Shown in pieces: positions 51,053 through 61,507 of a stretch of DNA of 64,000 nucleotides. Location: assembly GCA_963804955.1 (NCBI GenBank), contig CAWDSQ010000001.1:96001-160000 (forward strand), read 5' to 3'. The stretch's first letter is position 1, and the number at the start of each line of letters is the position of its first letter. The stretch comes from an uncultured delta proteobacterium (GTDB lineage: Bacteria; Desulfobacterota; WTBG01; CAIYCZ01; CAIRTM01). The notes under the pieces are model-generated. The model was not told the origin of the DNA, did no database searches, and saw nothing but the letters and a program-made list of their open reading frames with translations. A program made the position numbers and the translations under genes.

Positions 51053-52294
51053 ATGAAACGAGTAAGCAGTATTGCAGCAGTAATTTTTGCAGGTATTTTT
51101 GTTTTCTGCCTTACCTATGACGCTGATGCCCGCGGCGGCGGCAGAGGGGGTGGCGGCGGTGGCCGTGGCGGTGGTGGTGGCGGCGGAGGATTCAGTCGGG
51201 GGGGCGGGGGATTCGGCGGCGGAGGTTCCTACGGCTCGGTGCGTCAATCAAGCGGCTCCGGCCGTTCAGCAAGCCGGTCCAGCGATTATGGCCGATCATC
51301 CAGTCGGTCCGGCGACTCCAGCCGTTCATCAGGGCGATCATACGATAGATCGAGCGATTATGGCTCGGGGCGCACCAGCGGCAAGGATTACAGCTCGCTG
51401 ATGAGCGGCAGCCAGAGCAGCAGCCGCGATGTGCAGCGAGGGCAGTACGGATCAGTGCGCCAGAGCCCGGACACGGCACGGGCGGAAAGCCAGCGCACAA
51501 GCAGCAGCACTGACAGGACTGCGCGGCAGGATTCGCGCACCGACGGAGCGCGACCGACACGTCAGGACACGCGAACAACGGAGCGCACCACCAGGCAGGA
51601 TGAGCGAACAACCGAGCGCACCGGCCGGCAGGATGAGCGGAGTACGAACCGAACCGAGCGGCAGGATGGCCGGGCGGAAGGCAGCACGGATCGTCAGGCA
51701 AATCGCAGCGAGCGCCGGCAGAACATACAGGACTCGAAGCTTGGAGAGTATGCCGGCATGCGGGGGCTGCAGGAAAACAGGCAGGATTTTCTGGAAGATT
51801 CCTATGATGATTACTGGGATGACTGGGATGACTATTATCATGACAACCATTATTATTACGACCACCACTATTACCCGGCAGCAGCCTTTATCATCATACC
51901 CACAGCCGTTATAGTCGGCACCACCACCTATTACACAAGCGAGGGTCAATATTACAGCCAGGTTTCAAATCAGGGTGAGACCGGCTATGTAAAGGTTTCG
52001 ACTCCCGCCGGCTATGAAACAGCCACGCTGCCCGCAGGATATAAGACCATTATTGCCGACGGCAAAACCTATTATGTCAGCAATGGGACATTTTACATAA
52101 AGCCCCAGGGCAAAAGCACCTATATCGTGGTTACCCCGCCCTTTGGGATCGAAGTGCCAGAGCTGCCCAAAGATGCCGTGCCGGTTAAAGTAGAGGGCAA
52201 AACCTATTACCAGTATGATCTGGTGTATTACCGCAAAGTCGTAGATGAAGGCAAAACGAGCTATGTGATTGTCGCCTCTCCGTTTAAAAAATAG
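51053..52294 (+). CDS. Secreted Gly/Ser/Arg-rich protein (DUF6515-like), copy B
   Basis: Paralog of 48909-49850 with longer disordered region and 11-aa RQD repeats; same IVASPFKK end. Confidence 0.78.
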   Translation: MKRVSSIAAVIFAGIFVFCLTYDADARGGGRGGGGGGRGGGGGGGGFSRGGGGFGGGGSYGSVRQSSGSGRSASRSSDYGRSSSRSGDSSRSSGRSYDRSSDYGSGRTSGKDYSSLMSGSQSSSRDVQRGQYGSVRQSPDTARAESQRTSSSTDRTARQDSRTDGARPTRQDTRTTERTTRQDERTTERTGRQDERSTNRTERQDGRAEGSTDRQANRSERRQNIQDSKLGEYAGMRGLQENRQDFLEDSYDDYWDDWDDYYHDNHYYYDHHYYPAAAFIIIPTAVIVGTTTYYTSEGQYYSQVSNQGETGYVKVSTPAGYETATLPAGYKTIIADGKTYYVSNGTFYIKPQGKSTYIVVTPPFGIEVPELPKDAVPVKVEGKTYYQYDLVYYRKVVDEGKTSYVIVASPFKK

Positions 52295-52379
52295 CAGTGC
52301 CCGCTCACCATAAACAGCGGCATACATAACAGCGTGTGCTTTTACAATGTTCTTCAAACATTAATAAAAGGGAGAAAAC

Positions 52380-53069
52380 ATGAAAATTCAAAAAAGAAAC
52401 GGTACGGGAATCTGTCTGCTGGCAGCCATTGTTTGTCTGCTCGGGGCCTGCGCGACGATGCAGGCCCGCAGCACGAATACAACGGGATTTCTGGGTGACT
52501 ATTCGCAGCTTAAAGAGGGCGGCGACGGCAAGGCCCTGCTGGTGTATATCGACCCGCAGGCTGATATCAAATCCTACAAGCGTATTCTCATGGACCCGGT
52601 CAAGCTGTATGCCTCGAAGGAGAACAGCATGGAGAATGTTTCCCTGGAAGACCGGCAGAAGCTCCTGAATTATGCTGATGCCTCCATTCGCGAACATCTT
52701 GCAAAAGATTATGTATTCGTGCAGCAGCCCGGCCCCGGTGTCATGCGCCTGCGCTTTGCACTTACCGAGACCGATAGCTCCTATGTGGTTCTTGATACGG
52801 TCTCCACCATTCTGCCCATAGGCCTTGCTTTGGCCGGCCTTCAGACGGCTGCAACGGGCTCATGCTCCTTTGTCGGCTCCGCGGGCGCCGAAATCGAGCT
52901 GCAGGACAGCCAGACCGGCAAGCGCCTTGTGGCGGCGGTTGACCGCCAGGTAGGGGGCAAAGTGACCGGCAAGGGCGACAAGTTTGACGAATGGCACACG
53001 GTGAAGAATGCCATCGACTTCTGGGCTGAGCGCCTGCAGACCCGCCTTGCCGAGCAGCGGGCGAAGTAA
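52380..53069 (+). CDS. DUF3313-family lipoprotein (copy 3)
   Basis: Lipobox LGAC; near-identical blocks to copies 1 and 2. Confidence 0.85.
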   Translation: MKIQKRNGTGICLLAAIVCLLGACATMQARSTNTTGFLGDYSQLKEGGDGKALLVYIDPQADIKSYKRILMDPVKLYASKENSMENVSLEDRQKLLNYADASIREHLAKDYVFVQQPGPGVMRLRFALTETDSSYVVLDTVSTILPIGLALAGLQTAATGSCSFVGSAGAEIELQDSQTGKRLVAAVDRQVGGKVTGKGDKFDEWHTVKNAIDFWAERLQTRLAEQRAK

Positions 53070-53177
53070 GGAAAGGAGAAAGGCTTTTGAACGAAAAAGC
53101 TGCCCGTAGTATTTCGCAGCTTGAAGGGGGCTCGCTGCGCACCTGTAACCATAAACAGTAAAAAGGAGAAAAAAGGC

Positions 53178-53795
53178 ATGAAAAAGACGTATGCGACTCT
53201 GATGGCAATAACTCTGATGGCGGTACTGTCTGCCTGCGCAACCGCGAAGCAGGAGGCTCCTGCAGCGCCTGAAGTATCAGTAGCGGCGGCAAAATCAGCT
53301 GACCAGCCCGGCGGCATTATCGGCCAAAAGGTGGTGACCAGGGTCGTAGTCGATTCAATAGATTACAAAGAGCGCACCGCGGTGCTGCGCGACAGCGAGA
53401 ACAAGCTGCACTATTTCAAGGCGGGGCCTGAAATTCGCAATTTCCCCCAGCTGAAAGTCGGCGACGAGGTTATCACGGAGCAAACGGAATCAGTTGCCAT
53501 TCTTGTGGACAAGCCTCAGGGCAAGCCTGCCGGAGGCGGCGCCCAGGTTGTGAAGCGCGCTCCCCTTGGCGCAAAACCCGGCATGGAAGCCGTAAATGTA
53601 TACGAGGTTACAGCCACCGTGGAGAAAATCGACTATAAAAACCGTATGATAACGCTCAAGGGCCCGGAGGGGAAGTTCATCACAACGCAAGTTGATCCGA
53701 GCCTCACCAGATTCAATGAGGTTAAAAAAGGCGATATGATTTATATGCAGTTCACCGAGGGGCTGGCGATCCGCGTTGAAACGCCGCAAAAATAA
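53178..53795 (+). CDS. Hypothetical lipoprotein with duplicated beta (OB-like) domain
   Basis: Lipobox LSAC; two repeats V..IDYK.R...L...GD. Confidence 0.8.
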   Translation: MKKTYATLMAITLMAVLSACATAKQEAPAAPEVSVAAAKSADQPGGIIGQKVVTRVVVDSIDYKERTAVLRDSENKLHYFKAGPEIRNFPQLKVGDEVITEQTESVAILVDKPQGKPAGGGAQVVKRAPLGAKPGMEAVNVYEVTATVEKIDYKNRMITLKGPEGKFITTQVDPSLTRFNEVKKGDMIYMQFTEGLAIRVETPQK

Positions 53796-54069
53796 TGGTA
53801 GTTCAGCCCGGGGCTGAGCAGCGCAATGAAAAGAATGCTTTTTGCAGGCCGGGTTAATCCGCCGCGGCGGATGCCCGGCCCTGCTTGTATCGGGCAGAAC
53901 CACAGTATGACGCAGCGTAAAATCTGTGTAGGCCGGCCGGCTCGATTGTATTGACAGAAACGGAAAAATAGGGAAAATATCCATGCAGGCTGGCGATGGA
54001 GGCTTCTGACGAGCCGCCTGGCTATTGAAAAAGTTTCGAGGATAATTTTATACATGGAGAAATGCGGGC

Positions 54070-54291
54070 ATGAAATACGACTGGGTTAAGAAAAGGAGAA
54101 AAGTGCTGCGCAATATCTGGCACTCACTCAAAATAGAAGAAAAAGAGCTGGCATCTAAAGGCATTTTTGTAAGCTATGCAAATGCCCAGCAGGAGCTTGA
54201 GAAGCTTACAGCTGAAATTGATAAAATTCCAGTGGATGATCCGCCGGAAATATCGCCCCATAAGGCGGCCCGGAAGGCTATAACCGGTTAG
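54070..54291 (+). CDS. Small hypothetical protein
   Basis: GGAGA SD; 73 aa, no recognisable motif. Confidence 0.45.
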   Translation: MKYDWVKKRRKVLRNIWHSLKIEEKELASKGIFVSYANAQQELEKLTAEIDKIPVDDPPEISPHKAARKAITG

Positions 54292-54495
54292 CCCGCTACG
54301 CAAGACGGCAGGGTGCGGCAGTGCGGACTTTCTTTTTATTGACGCACAAACGAAATCCATATACAATGGATTTTAAATGAAGGCATCTACGCTCGGAGAC
54401 TTCCCCCCCTCTTGTCTCCGGGCAGCCTTCATTTTTTTTTGTCTTCAGGGAACCAGAGCCCTAAATCTGAAAACAGGTAAAAATACGAGGGTTCC

Positions 54496-55828
54496 ATGCG
54501 CACATTTTTCAGAGAGACGCAACAGCCGGGTTTGCGGACCCCACTTGTTTTTTGCTTCATTGCCCTCATGCTCTCCGGCTGCACGCATATGGGCGGTTAT
54601 CTCGGCTTTTGGCAGCATCAGCATGAGCTGAAGAAAGCCTTTCATGAAGACCCCCGCGCCGACCTGCTTCGGCAGCTTGACCCGCAAGACTGCTTTCTGC
54701 TTGCGGGTGCCTTTGCTTTCACGAGTGATTATAATAAGCCGGTGCTGGTTGTTGCTGTCACCGACAGGTTCAAGAAGCGCGAGATCGTTGCCCAAAGAAT
54801 TCTGCAGCCGGGCGTCTTTCTCTATCAGGCCTACCTTCCCGAAGGCCACTATGACCTGTATTTTTTCGCGGACCTTGATGAAAACGATTTCTTCGACGCC
54901 CATGAGATGATCGGCCAAACAGCCGGTGAGCCGATACGGGTAAACAGGGCGGAAGTTAAAGACGGCCTGACGGTTCTCGGCCCTTCCTTCATTTTCGATC
55001 TCAGCCGCCCGGCAACAACCGCTTTGCCGGTGAGAGTCAGGGTTCGTGACCAGGCGTATGCCTTTGATTCTCTTGATGACGGGTTTTTTGATCCGCACTA
55101 CGGCGACCTTGGACTGTATAAACCCATGGCCTTCATGGCCCATACGCAGCGCTATGTATTTTCCCTTGAGAAACTGGATCCAGGGAAAACGATGGTGCTT
55201 TTTGTCCATGGGGTTGGGGGCACACCCCGGGATTTTAAATATCTGGTTGCCGGCCTTGATACAAAACGCTATCAGCCGTGGTTTTACTTTTATCCGTCGG
55301 GCATGCCGCTGCAAAAACTCGGCTCCTTGCTTGCGCGGATCATCAGGTATCTTACCGCGGCTCAATATTTTCATGTGCAGCGCGTTATTGTCGTGGCGCA
55401 CAGCATGGGCGGGCTGGTGGCGCTGTCCGCCTTGAATGAGCTTTACCGCGACGGCGCGCCGCCATATTTGCAAGGATATGTCTCCTTTGATTCTCCCTAT
55501 GGCGGGGTTGAAGCAGCCAAAAAGGGCGTGGAAAAAGCCCCTGCGGTAGTGCCGTCATGGCGTGATGTGGCAACCGGAAGTCCCTTTCTTGAACAGCTCT
55601 ACCAGGGGCCTGCACTGGCCGCACTTCCTTTTTATCTTTTTCGGCTACACAACCGGCGACAGCAGCGACGGAACCATAACCCTGCAGAGCCAGCTGGAGG
55701 CAAAGGTGCATTTTTCGGCTTCTAAAAGCTACGGCTTCAATGCCACCCATGTGGGCATCCTGAATGACGATGCGGCCCGGCAGCAATTCTACCGGGTGCT
55801 TGCAGGTCTTGACGGTAACGGGAATTGA
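54496..55828 (+). CDS. Alpha/beta-hydrolase lipoprotein (frameshift near 55635)
   Basis: LSGC lipobox; VLFVHG; AHSMGG; SDGTI and HVGIL in second frame. Confidence 0.85.
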
Positions 55829-55853
55829 CCGGAAATCCAGCATGCTGAGAAAT

Positions 55854-55890
55854 TAAAAAGCGGCCAGGCGTAATGCCTTGGCCGCTTTTA
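55854..55890. terminator. Bidirectional terminator
   Basis: TAAAAAGCGGCCA...TGGCCGCTTTTA between convergent genes. Confidence 0.75.
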
Positions 55891-55914
55891 GTTGCATAGT
55901 ATGGATGGAGTTTC

Positions 55915-58037
55915 TTACCTTCTGCCTCTGCCTCCGCCACCGAAACCGCCGACCTCCATAGCGGCTGCCGCCGCCACCATACCCCCCGCCAGAGCTGAAA
56001 GTTGAGTACCGTTGCGCGCCTTCCGAGCGCGAGCGGGCTGCTTCATTAAGTTCGCGCGTGCGGTCCTGTGTGCTGCCGGCGTCGCGGTTGCCGAACCGGC
56101 CCTGGCTGCTGTCGGTGTTTGCCGCCTGGTCAGTGCCGGTGGTGCTGGAATTTTTAGCGCGACTGGTTGCCGCCGGCTGTGTGGTGTCTCCCGCACGATG
56201 GTCCTGGATTTTTTTGATGTCCTTTGCCTTTGAATAGTTGGTCAGCTCCCACTCGCCGGAGTCGGCATCATACTGCTTCCAGCCGCCTGCTTCCCGCTTG
56301 TATACTTCGCCGTCTGCGGGTGGCATAATGGCCGTCTTCGGTGCGGGCAAACGTGGTATCGCCCACCTTGGTATAATTGCCGTACTCATTATAGCCGCGC
56401 TCTACGAATCTGCCGTCGTAGGTCTCGTGAATTTTAAAATAATCATCATTGTAATAATAATAATTCGGGGGCGGGTACCAGTAAGCGCCTGCCCAGCCCG
56501 GGTACACATAGCCGGTCGAGTACACCACGGTGTTAGACGATGTTACAACCGCGCCGTTATAGCCGGAGGTATAGCCCGTATAGACGGCAGTGGGCGTTGT
56601 GCCGTAGACATAGACATAGGTCACATAATGCATGGGCGAGCTTGGCGGTATGGTGTAGATGACCTGCGGAACGCTGGTTGCCACGGCCCAGGGCCCGATG
56701 GGTGATGTGCCGCAAAACCAGACGCCGTTCTGCACCAGGTAATAGGTTCTTGTCGTCGACGCGGATGACCGGCAGCGAAGCGTTTACCGCATAGCGCAGC
56801 GGGGTGCCCTCGATGGGATTGAACTGCGGCTGGCCGTCATAGGCAACCTTTGCGGTTGTCGATTTGCTGGTGGTCTGTGTGTGGGGCGTGGTTGCCTCGA
56901 CAACCGCCTGCCTGTGCCTGCGGCGTGCCGGGAACGGCGTATAAAGCGCGGCCTGCAGGGCTTTGCGGTGGGATGCGGGCAAAATCAGGCGGCAGGTCCT
57001 TGCCGTCGACAAAAGTCCAGGGTCCCTGTCGGGACTCTGAGCGATACCAGCGGCCATCGATCAAAATATAATACCTGAGGCTGTTCATATCAAAAAGAAT
57101 TATATCATTTGAGTTTGCCGCATAGCGCAGTGCTGTGCCGGGAATGTCTTCAAGATCAGGGTTGCCTTTTGTCTGAATAAGCCGTGCAGGAACGGTAGAC
57201 ACATAAATATCCGGCAACTGCCCGGCCTTCATGCTTTTTTTGATCTCGGGAGAAATGTTTTCAAGCAGATCAACCTTTTTGCCTGCTGTCAGCTCTTTCT
57301 TTACAGCCTCCAGGCCTGCCGTAGTGCCCGGTGCAGCCGACCATGGCCCGTCAAGAGAAGGCGCCTGCACCCAGCGGTCTGACAGCCACAGGTAAAAGGG
57401 GCTGCCGGATTTGCCTGCCAGCAGCAGCACGCCTGTATTGATGACTTGTTTGTACTCTGAATTTTTTATCTCGTGCAGCACGGGCTTGCCGTCAACCAGC
57501 GCCAGCACGGAGAGCTTTGTTGTAAAAATAATCAGGGGCGGCGTGTTCTTGACCTGAGCCGTTTTCTTTGGCATGGCTGAACCCGATACTTCATGGCTTG
57601 CCTGCAGCCGGTCAAGAGCGATCTGCACCGGGTGTCTGGGCAGCGCGGTCTTGAGTGCAGCGAGGTAGCTCTGACCTTTGTCAGGTATCCCCTGAAAATT
57701 TATTTTCGTAATGGCAAAATCCTGCAGCAGCACCATGCGGGTTTCTTTATTTACCTCGGTGCGCGCCGTGAACCAGACCGCGCCATAGCGCTGCTTCTGC
57801 TCCCCTGTAGCCTGTGCGCCGACGGCAGCCCTGGCGGTCAGTTTATTGCCCTCCCAGGTTTCAACCTGCGGCTGGCTGACCTGAGAAGGTCACAGCGCCT
57901 TCAACAATCTGCCGGGGCCAGTCGTCGCGAACCATTTGCGTATCCTGCGGAAATGGCGCGGGAGGATTGTTTGCGCTCGCGCAGGACAGCAGCAGCATAA
58001 GCGAGAATATGACGTGCATTTTCTTGAGGGTTTTCAT
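55915..58037 (-). CDS. Large exported protein with Gly-rich C-tail (multiply frameshifted)
   Basis: Contiguous fragments: PPLIIF, GPW repeats, LRYAVN, NGVWF, IPPSSP, YTSGY, GGGGRGRR end; AAGGA SD before ATG 58037. Confidence 0.7.
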
Positions 58038-58088
58038 GGGTAGTATCCTTTCTTAACAGGCTTGCGGGAGACGGCTCCCGGGGACATA

Positions 58089-58878
58089 TTAAAAAGCATT
58101 GGGCATCCAGCGCTTAAGCAGTTCCCTCAGGCGTCCGTTCTGTTTCCAGGCCTCGATGAAGCGATTGGCTGAAGCCAGAAGCATGGTATTGTCTTTGCGG
58201 ACGCCCCAGGCGATCTCTTCACGGGTGAGAAAAAACGGCAATGTGGTTATGCCCTTGGTTTCGTAGGTCGCGGCAAGCCACCAGATGATCGGAGCGTCAT
58301 CCACAAAAAGGTCTATCTTGCCATCGATAAGAGCCTCAGCGCCTTTTGTAGGGTTGGCGAACGGCTCTTTTTTAGCCAGTGTCAAATTCTGCTGCACGAG
58401 AAAGTCGCCGGTGGTGCCCTTCCTCGTGCCTACCCGCATGGTCGTGAATCGAACGGCTGCAGTTGTGGGGTATCTGTTGCGCAGCTCATTGCGCACAAGG
58501 CACATCTGACCTGCCGTGAGATAGGGGCTGGTGAAAGCAATGCGTACCGAGCGCTGCTCGGTTTTGGTCATGCCCGACATGATGATATCGAATTTGCCGT
58601 CGAGCAGCGCCGGTATCAGCTCGTTCCATGGGCAGTCGACAAACTGTATATTCATGCCCAGAGGCATCGCCAAGGCCCCTGGCAAGCTCGGCCTCAATCC
58701 CGGCATAATCACCGGCCTGCTTGAAGATCATGGGCGGGGAATTGGCGCACACGCCCACGCGCAAAAGAGGCTGTGCAGGCGATGATTCTTTCGGCTGTTG
58801 AGCAGCACAGCCAAGGCAGAGGCAGATAAGAGCGCAGCCAAAAGCTGTCGCCAGTGATTTGAAAGCAGTACGATTCAT
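58089..58878 (-). CDS. ABC transporter substrate-binding protein, family 3 (frameshift near 58660)
   Basis: Lipobox LGC; LRVGV..PPM; LIPALLDGKFDIIMSGMT.T..R; FTSPY. Confidence 0.88.
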
Positions 58879-59020
58879 AGTGGCATCCTTTCATGCAGTG
58901 TTTGCTGCGCCATTGCAGCTTCTTTAAAGAGCTTCAGGAAAGCATTTTAAGGTTGGGCTTTACGAAAAAGTAATGTATATAAAAACAATATAAAGTCAAT
59001 CATTTCAGGGGCATGAGGCA

Positions 59021-60160
59021 ATGATTTCTCCTCCCGGCAGCACATTCCAGATGACAAGCTCGCCAGACGGCGCATGTACGCTGGTGCTTGCAGGGGCGTG
59101 GAGCATATATCAGAGCCGGCCGTCAGTTGACGAGGCCCTCGGCAGGCTCAAGGCAGAGGAGGGCATAAAAAAAGTTTCCTTTGACTGTACGGCCCTCACC
59201 GGCTGGGACAGCGGCCTGCTGATCCTGCTTGCCAAAATAGCCGACATCTGCGCCTCCCGCGATATAGCCCTTGATAAAAGCGGCCTGCCCGACGGGCTGC
59301 AGCGGCTGCTGACGCTGGCCACGGCAATTCCCGAGCGCGCAGGCGCCCGCAAAACCGACATCCGCGATCCGTTTCTCGTCCGCGTTGCCGACGCAACATT
59401 CAATCTGCAGGCCGGCGCCCGTGATGCCCTCGCTTTTATTGGCGATGTAACTCTTGCCCTCGGGCGGCTGTTGTCGGGCAAGGCACGCTTCCGCAAGGCC
59501 GAGCTGTTCTTCCTCATGCAGAGCTGCGGCGCCGAGGCTTTGCCCATCGTGTGCCTGATCAGCCTTCTTGTGGGCCTCATTCTTGCCTTTGTGGGCGCTG
59601 TGCAGCTCCAGATGTTCGGCGCCCAGATCTATGTGGCAAGCCTTGTGGGCATCGGCATGGTGCGCGTCATGGGCGCCATCATGACCGGCATCATCATGGC
59701 GGGCCGAACGGGCGCGGCCTTTGCCGCCGAGCTGGGCACCATGCAGGTAAACGAGGAGATCGATGCGCTGCAGACCATGGGCATCTCTCCCATGGAGTTT
59801 CTGGTGCTGCCGCGCATGATAGCCCTTACCGTCATGATGCCGCTGCTGTGCGTGTATGCCGATCTCATGGGCATACTGGGCGGCCTGATCGTCGGCGTCG
59901 GCATGCTTGATCTCGGGGTCATGGAATACTATAACCAGACCGTCATATCGCTCAGCCTGACGCATTTCTGGATCGGCCTTTTTTACAGCACGGTTTTCGG
60001 CGTGCTGGTGGCGCTGTGCGGGTGCCTGCGGGGCATGCAGTGCGGCAGAAGCGCCTCTGCCGTGGGCACGGCAACCACCTCTGCCGTGGTGACATCGATA
60101 GTGTGCATCATTGTGGCAACAGCCATTATAACCGTGATCTGCAATGTGCTGGGGATATAA
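59021..60160 (+). CDS. mlaE: MlaE-family ABC permease with N-terminal STAS-like domain
   Basis: AGRTGAAFAAELGTMQVNEEIDAL, LVLPR, VGTATTSAVV. Confidence 0.92.
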   Translation: MISPPGSTFQMTSSPDGACTLVLAGAWSIYQSRPSVDEALGRLKAEEGIKKVSFDCTALTGWDSGLLILLAKIADICASRDIALDKSGLPDGLQRLLTLATAIPERAGARKTDIRDPFLVRVADATFNLQAGARDALAFIGDVTLALGRLLSGKARFRKAELFFLMQSCGAEALPIVCLISLLVGLILAFVGAVQLQMFGAQIYVASLVGIGMVRVMGAIMTGIIMAGRTGAAFAAELGTMQVNEEIDALQTMGISPMEFLVLPRMIALTVMMPLLCVYADLMGILGGLIVGVGMLDLGVMEYYNQTVISLSLTHFWIGLFYSTVFGVLVALCGCLRGMQCGRSASAVGTATTSAVVTSIVCIIVATAIITVICNVLGI

Positions 60161-60165
60161 AGAAT

Positions 60166-60242
60166 AGAAGTCAGGAGCCAGGAGTCAGAAGCCGGAAGTC
60201 AGAAGCCAGGAGTCAGAAGTCAGGATTCAGAATTCAGAAGCC
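60166..60242 (+). repeat. Tandem heptamer array (11 x ~AGRAGYC)
   Basis: agaagtc aggagcc aggagtc agaagcc ggaagtc agaagcc aggagtc agaagtc aggattc agaattc agaagcc. Confidence 0.9.
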
Positions 60243-60273
60243 AGAATAAAGAAGGTAGAATACAAAACTCCGC

Positions 60274-60642
60274 ATGGAAAAGAAAACGGCGAAAACATTT
60301 CAGGATCTGATTGTCTGGCAAAAAGCGCATTCCTTTGTTTTAAAGGCATATTCTTTCAGCCGCACATTCCCCAGGGAAGAAATGTTCGGACTGACAGCTC
60401 AATTCAGAAGAGCAGCGATATCCATAGCGGCAAATATCGCCGAAGGGTTTAAGAAGAGATCGAATAAAGACAAAGCTCGTTTCTACAACATAGCACAAGG
60501 CTCCATTGAGGAATGTCGATACTATTTGATTCTGTCAGATGACATAGGCTACGGGAGCAACCCTGCGTTGTATGCACTGTTGGAAGAAACGAGTAAACTT
60601 CTGGAGTCCTATGTGGCTTCCATACAAAAAACTGAATTCTGA
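60274..60642 (+). CDS. Four-helix-bundle protein (23S rRNA IVP / Avd-like family)
   Basis: FQDLIVWQKA, FPREE.FGLT.Q.RRAAISIAANIAEG, RFYNIAQGS..E. Confidence 0.93.
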   Translation: MEKKTAKTFQDLIVWQKAHSFVLKAYSFSRTFPREEMFGLTAQFRRAAISIAANIAEGFKKRSNKDKARFYNIAQGSIEECRYYLILSDDIGYGSNPALYALLEETSKLLESYVASIQKTEF

Positions 60643-60713
60643 ATCCTTGTTGTTTGTTCTGCATACGGGCTGAATTCTGGATTCTGACTTCTTTTTCAAA
60701 GGTTATTTATTAC

Positions 60714-61480
60714 ATGTCCCAACCTGAACCCCATATCACCGTTACCGATCTGACCATGGCCTATGGCAGCTATGTGCTGCAGCATGACCTCACCTTCACG
60801 GTCAACCGCGGCGATATTTTTATTATAATGGGCGGCAGCGGCTGCGGCAAAAGCACGCTGCTGCGGCATCTTGTGGGCCTGAAAGAACCGGCCAAAGGAA
60901 AAGTTGAGTACGGGTCCACAAACTTCTGGGATGCCGAGCCGGAGGAGCGCGACCGGCTCATGCGGGGCGTGGGCATACTCTATCAGAGCGGCGCTCTCTG
61001 GAGCTCCATGACTCTGGCGGAAAACATCGCCATGCCTCTTAAGGAATATACCGGCCTGAGCACTGTCTGAAATAGGCGAGATCGTGTCGCTCAAGCTCGC
61101 GCTCGTGGGCCTTGCAGGGTTTGACGACTACTACCCATCGGAAATCAGCGGCGGCATGAAAAAGCGCGCAGGCCTGGCCCGGGCCATGGCCCTTGACCCC
61201 GATATTTTATTTTTCGACGAGCCTTCGGCAGGGCTTGGACCCGGTAAGCGCCAAGCAGCTCGATGATCTCATTCTCCAGCTGCGCGACAGCCTCGGGTCG
61301 ACCATCGTTGTGGTGACCCATGAGCTTGCGAGCATTTTCGCCATCGGCAATAACTCGGTATTTCTTGACCCTGATTCCAAGACCATGATCGCCGGGGGCG
61401 ATCCCAAAAAGATGCTCAAGGAATGCCCCGACCCCAAGGTGCAGACTTTTTTGACCCGCGGGGCTACGTTTCATACATAA
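60714..61480 (+). CDS. mlaF: MlaF-family ABC ATPase (frameshifts near 61068, 61230)
   Basis: [37 protein letters not shown]. Confidence 0.9.
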
Positions 61481-61507
61481 CAGCTCTCTGGCAGGAGGAA
61501 TTATACG

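Noticed and set aside
54445..55473. Long antisense ORFs (also 29078-29929, 34058-34846, 59123-59965, 26403-27116)
   Set aside because: Shadow frames of well-supported GC-rich genes; no motifs or RBS.
60166..60242. CRISPR array
   Set aside because: 7-bp tandem units without spacers; no cas genes.
60274..60642. Diversity-generating retroelement (Avd-like gene) or rRNA intervening sequence
   Set aside because: No reverse transcriptase, no TR/VR pair with A-specific mismatches, and no rRNA in the window.
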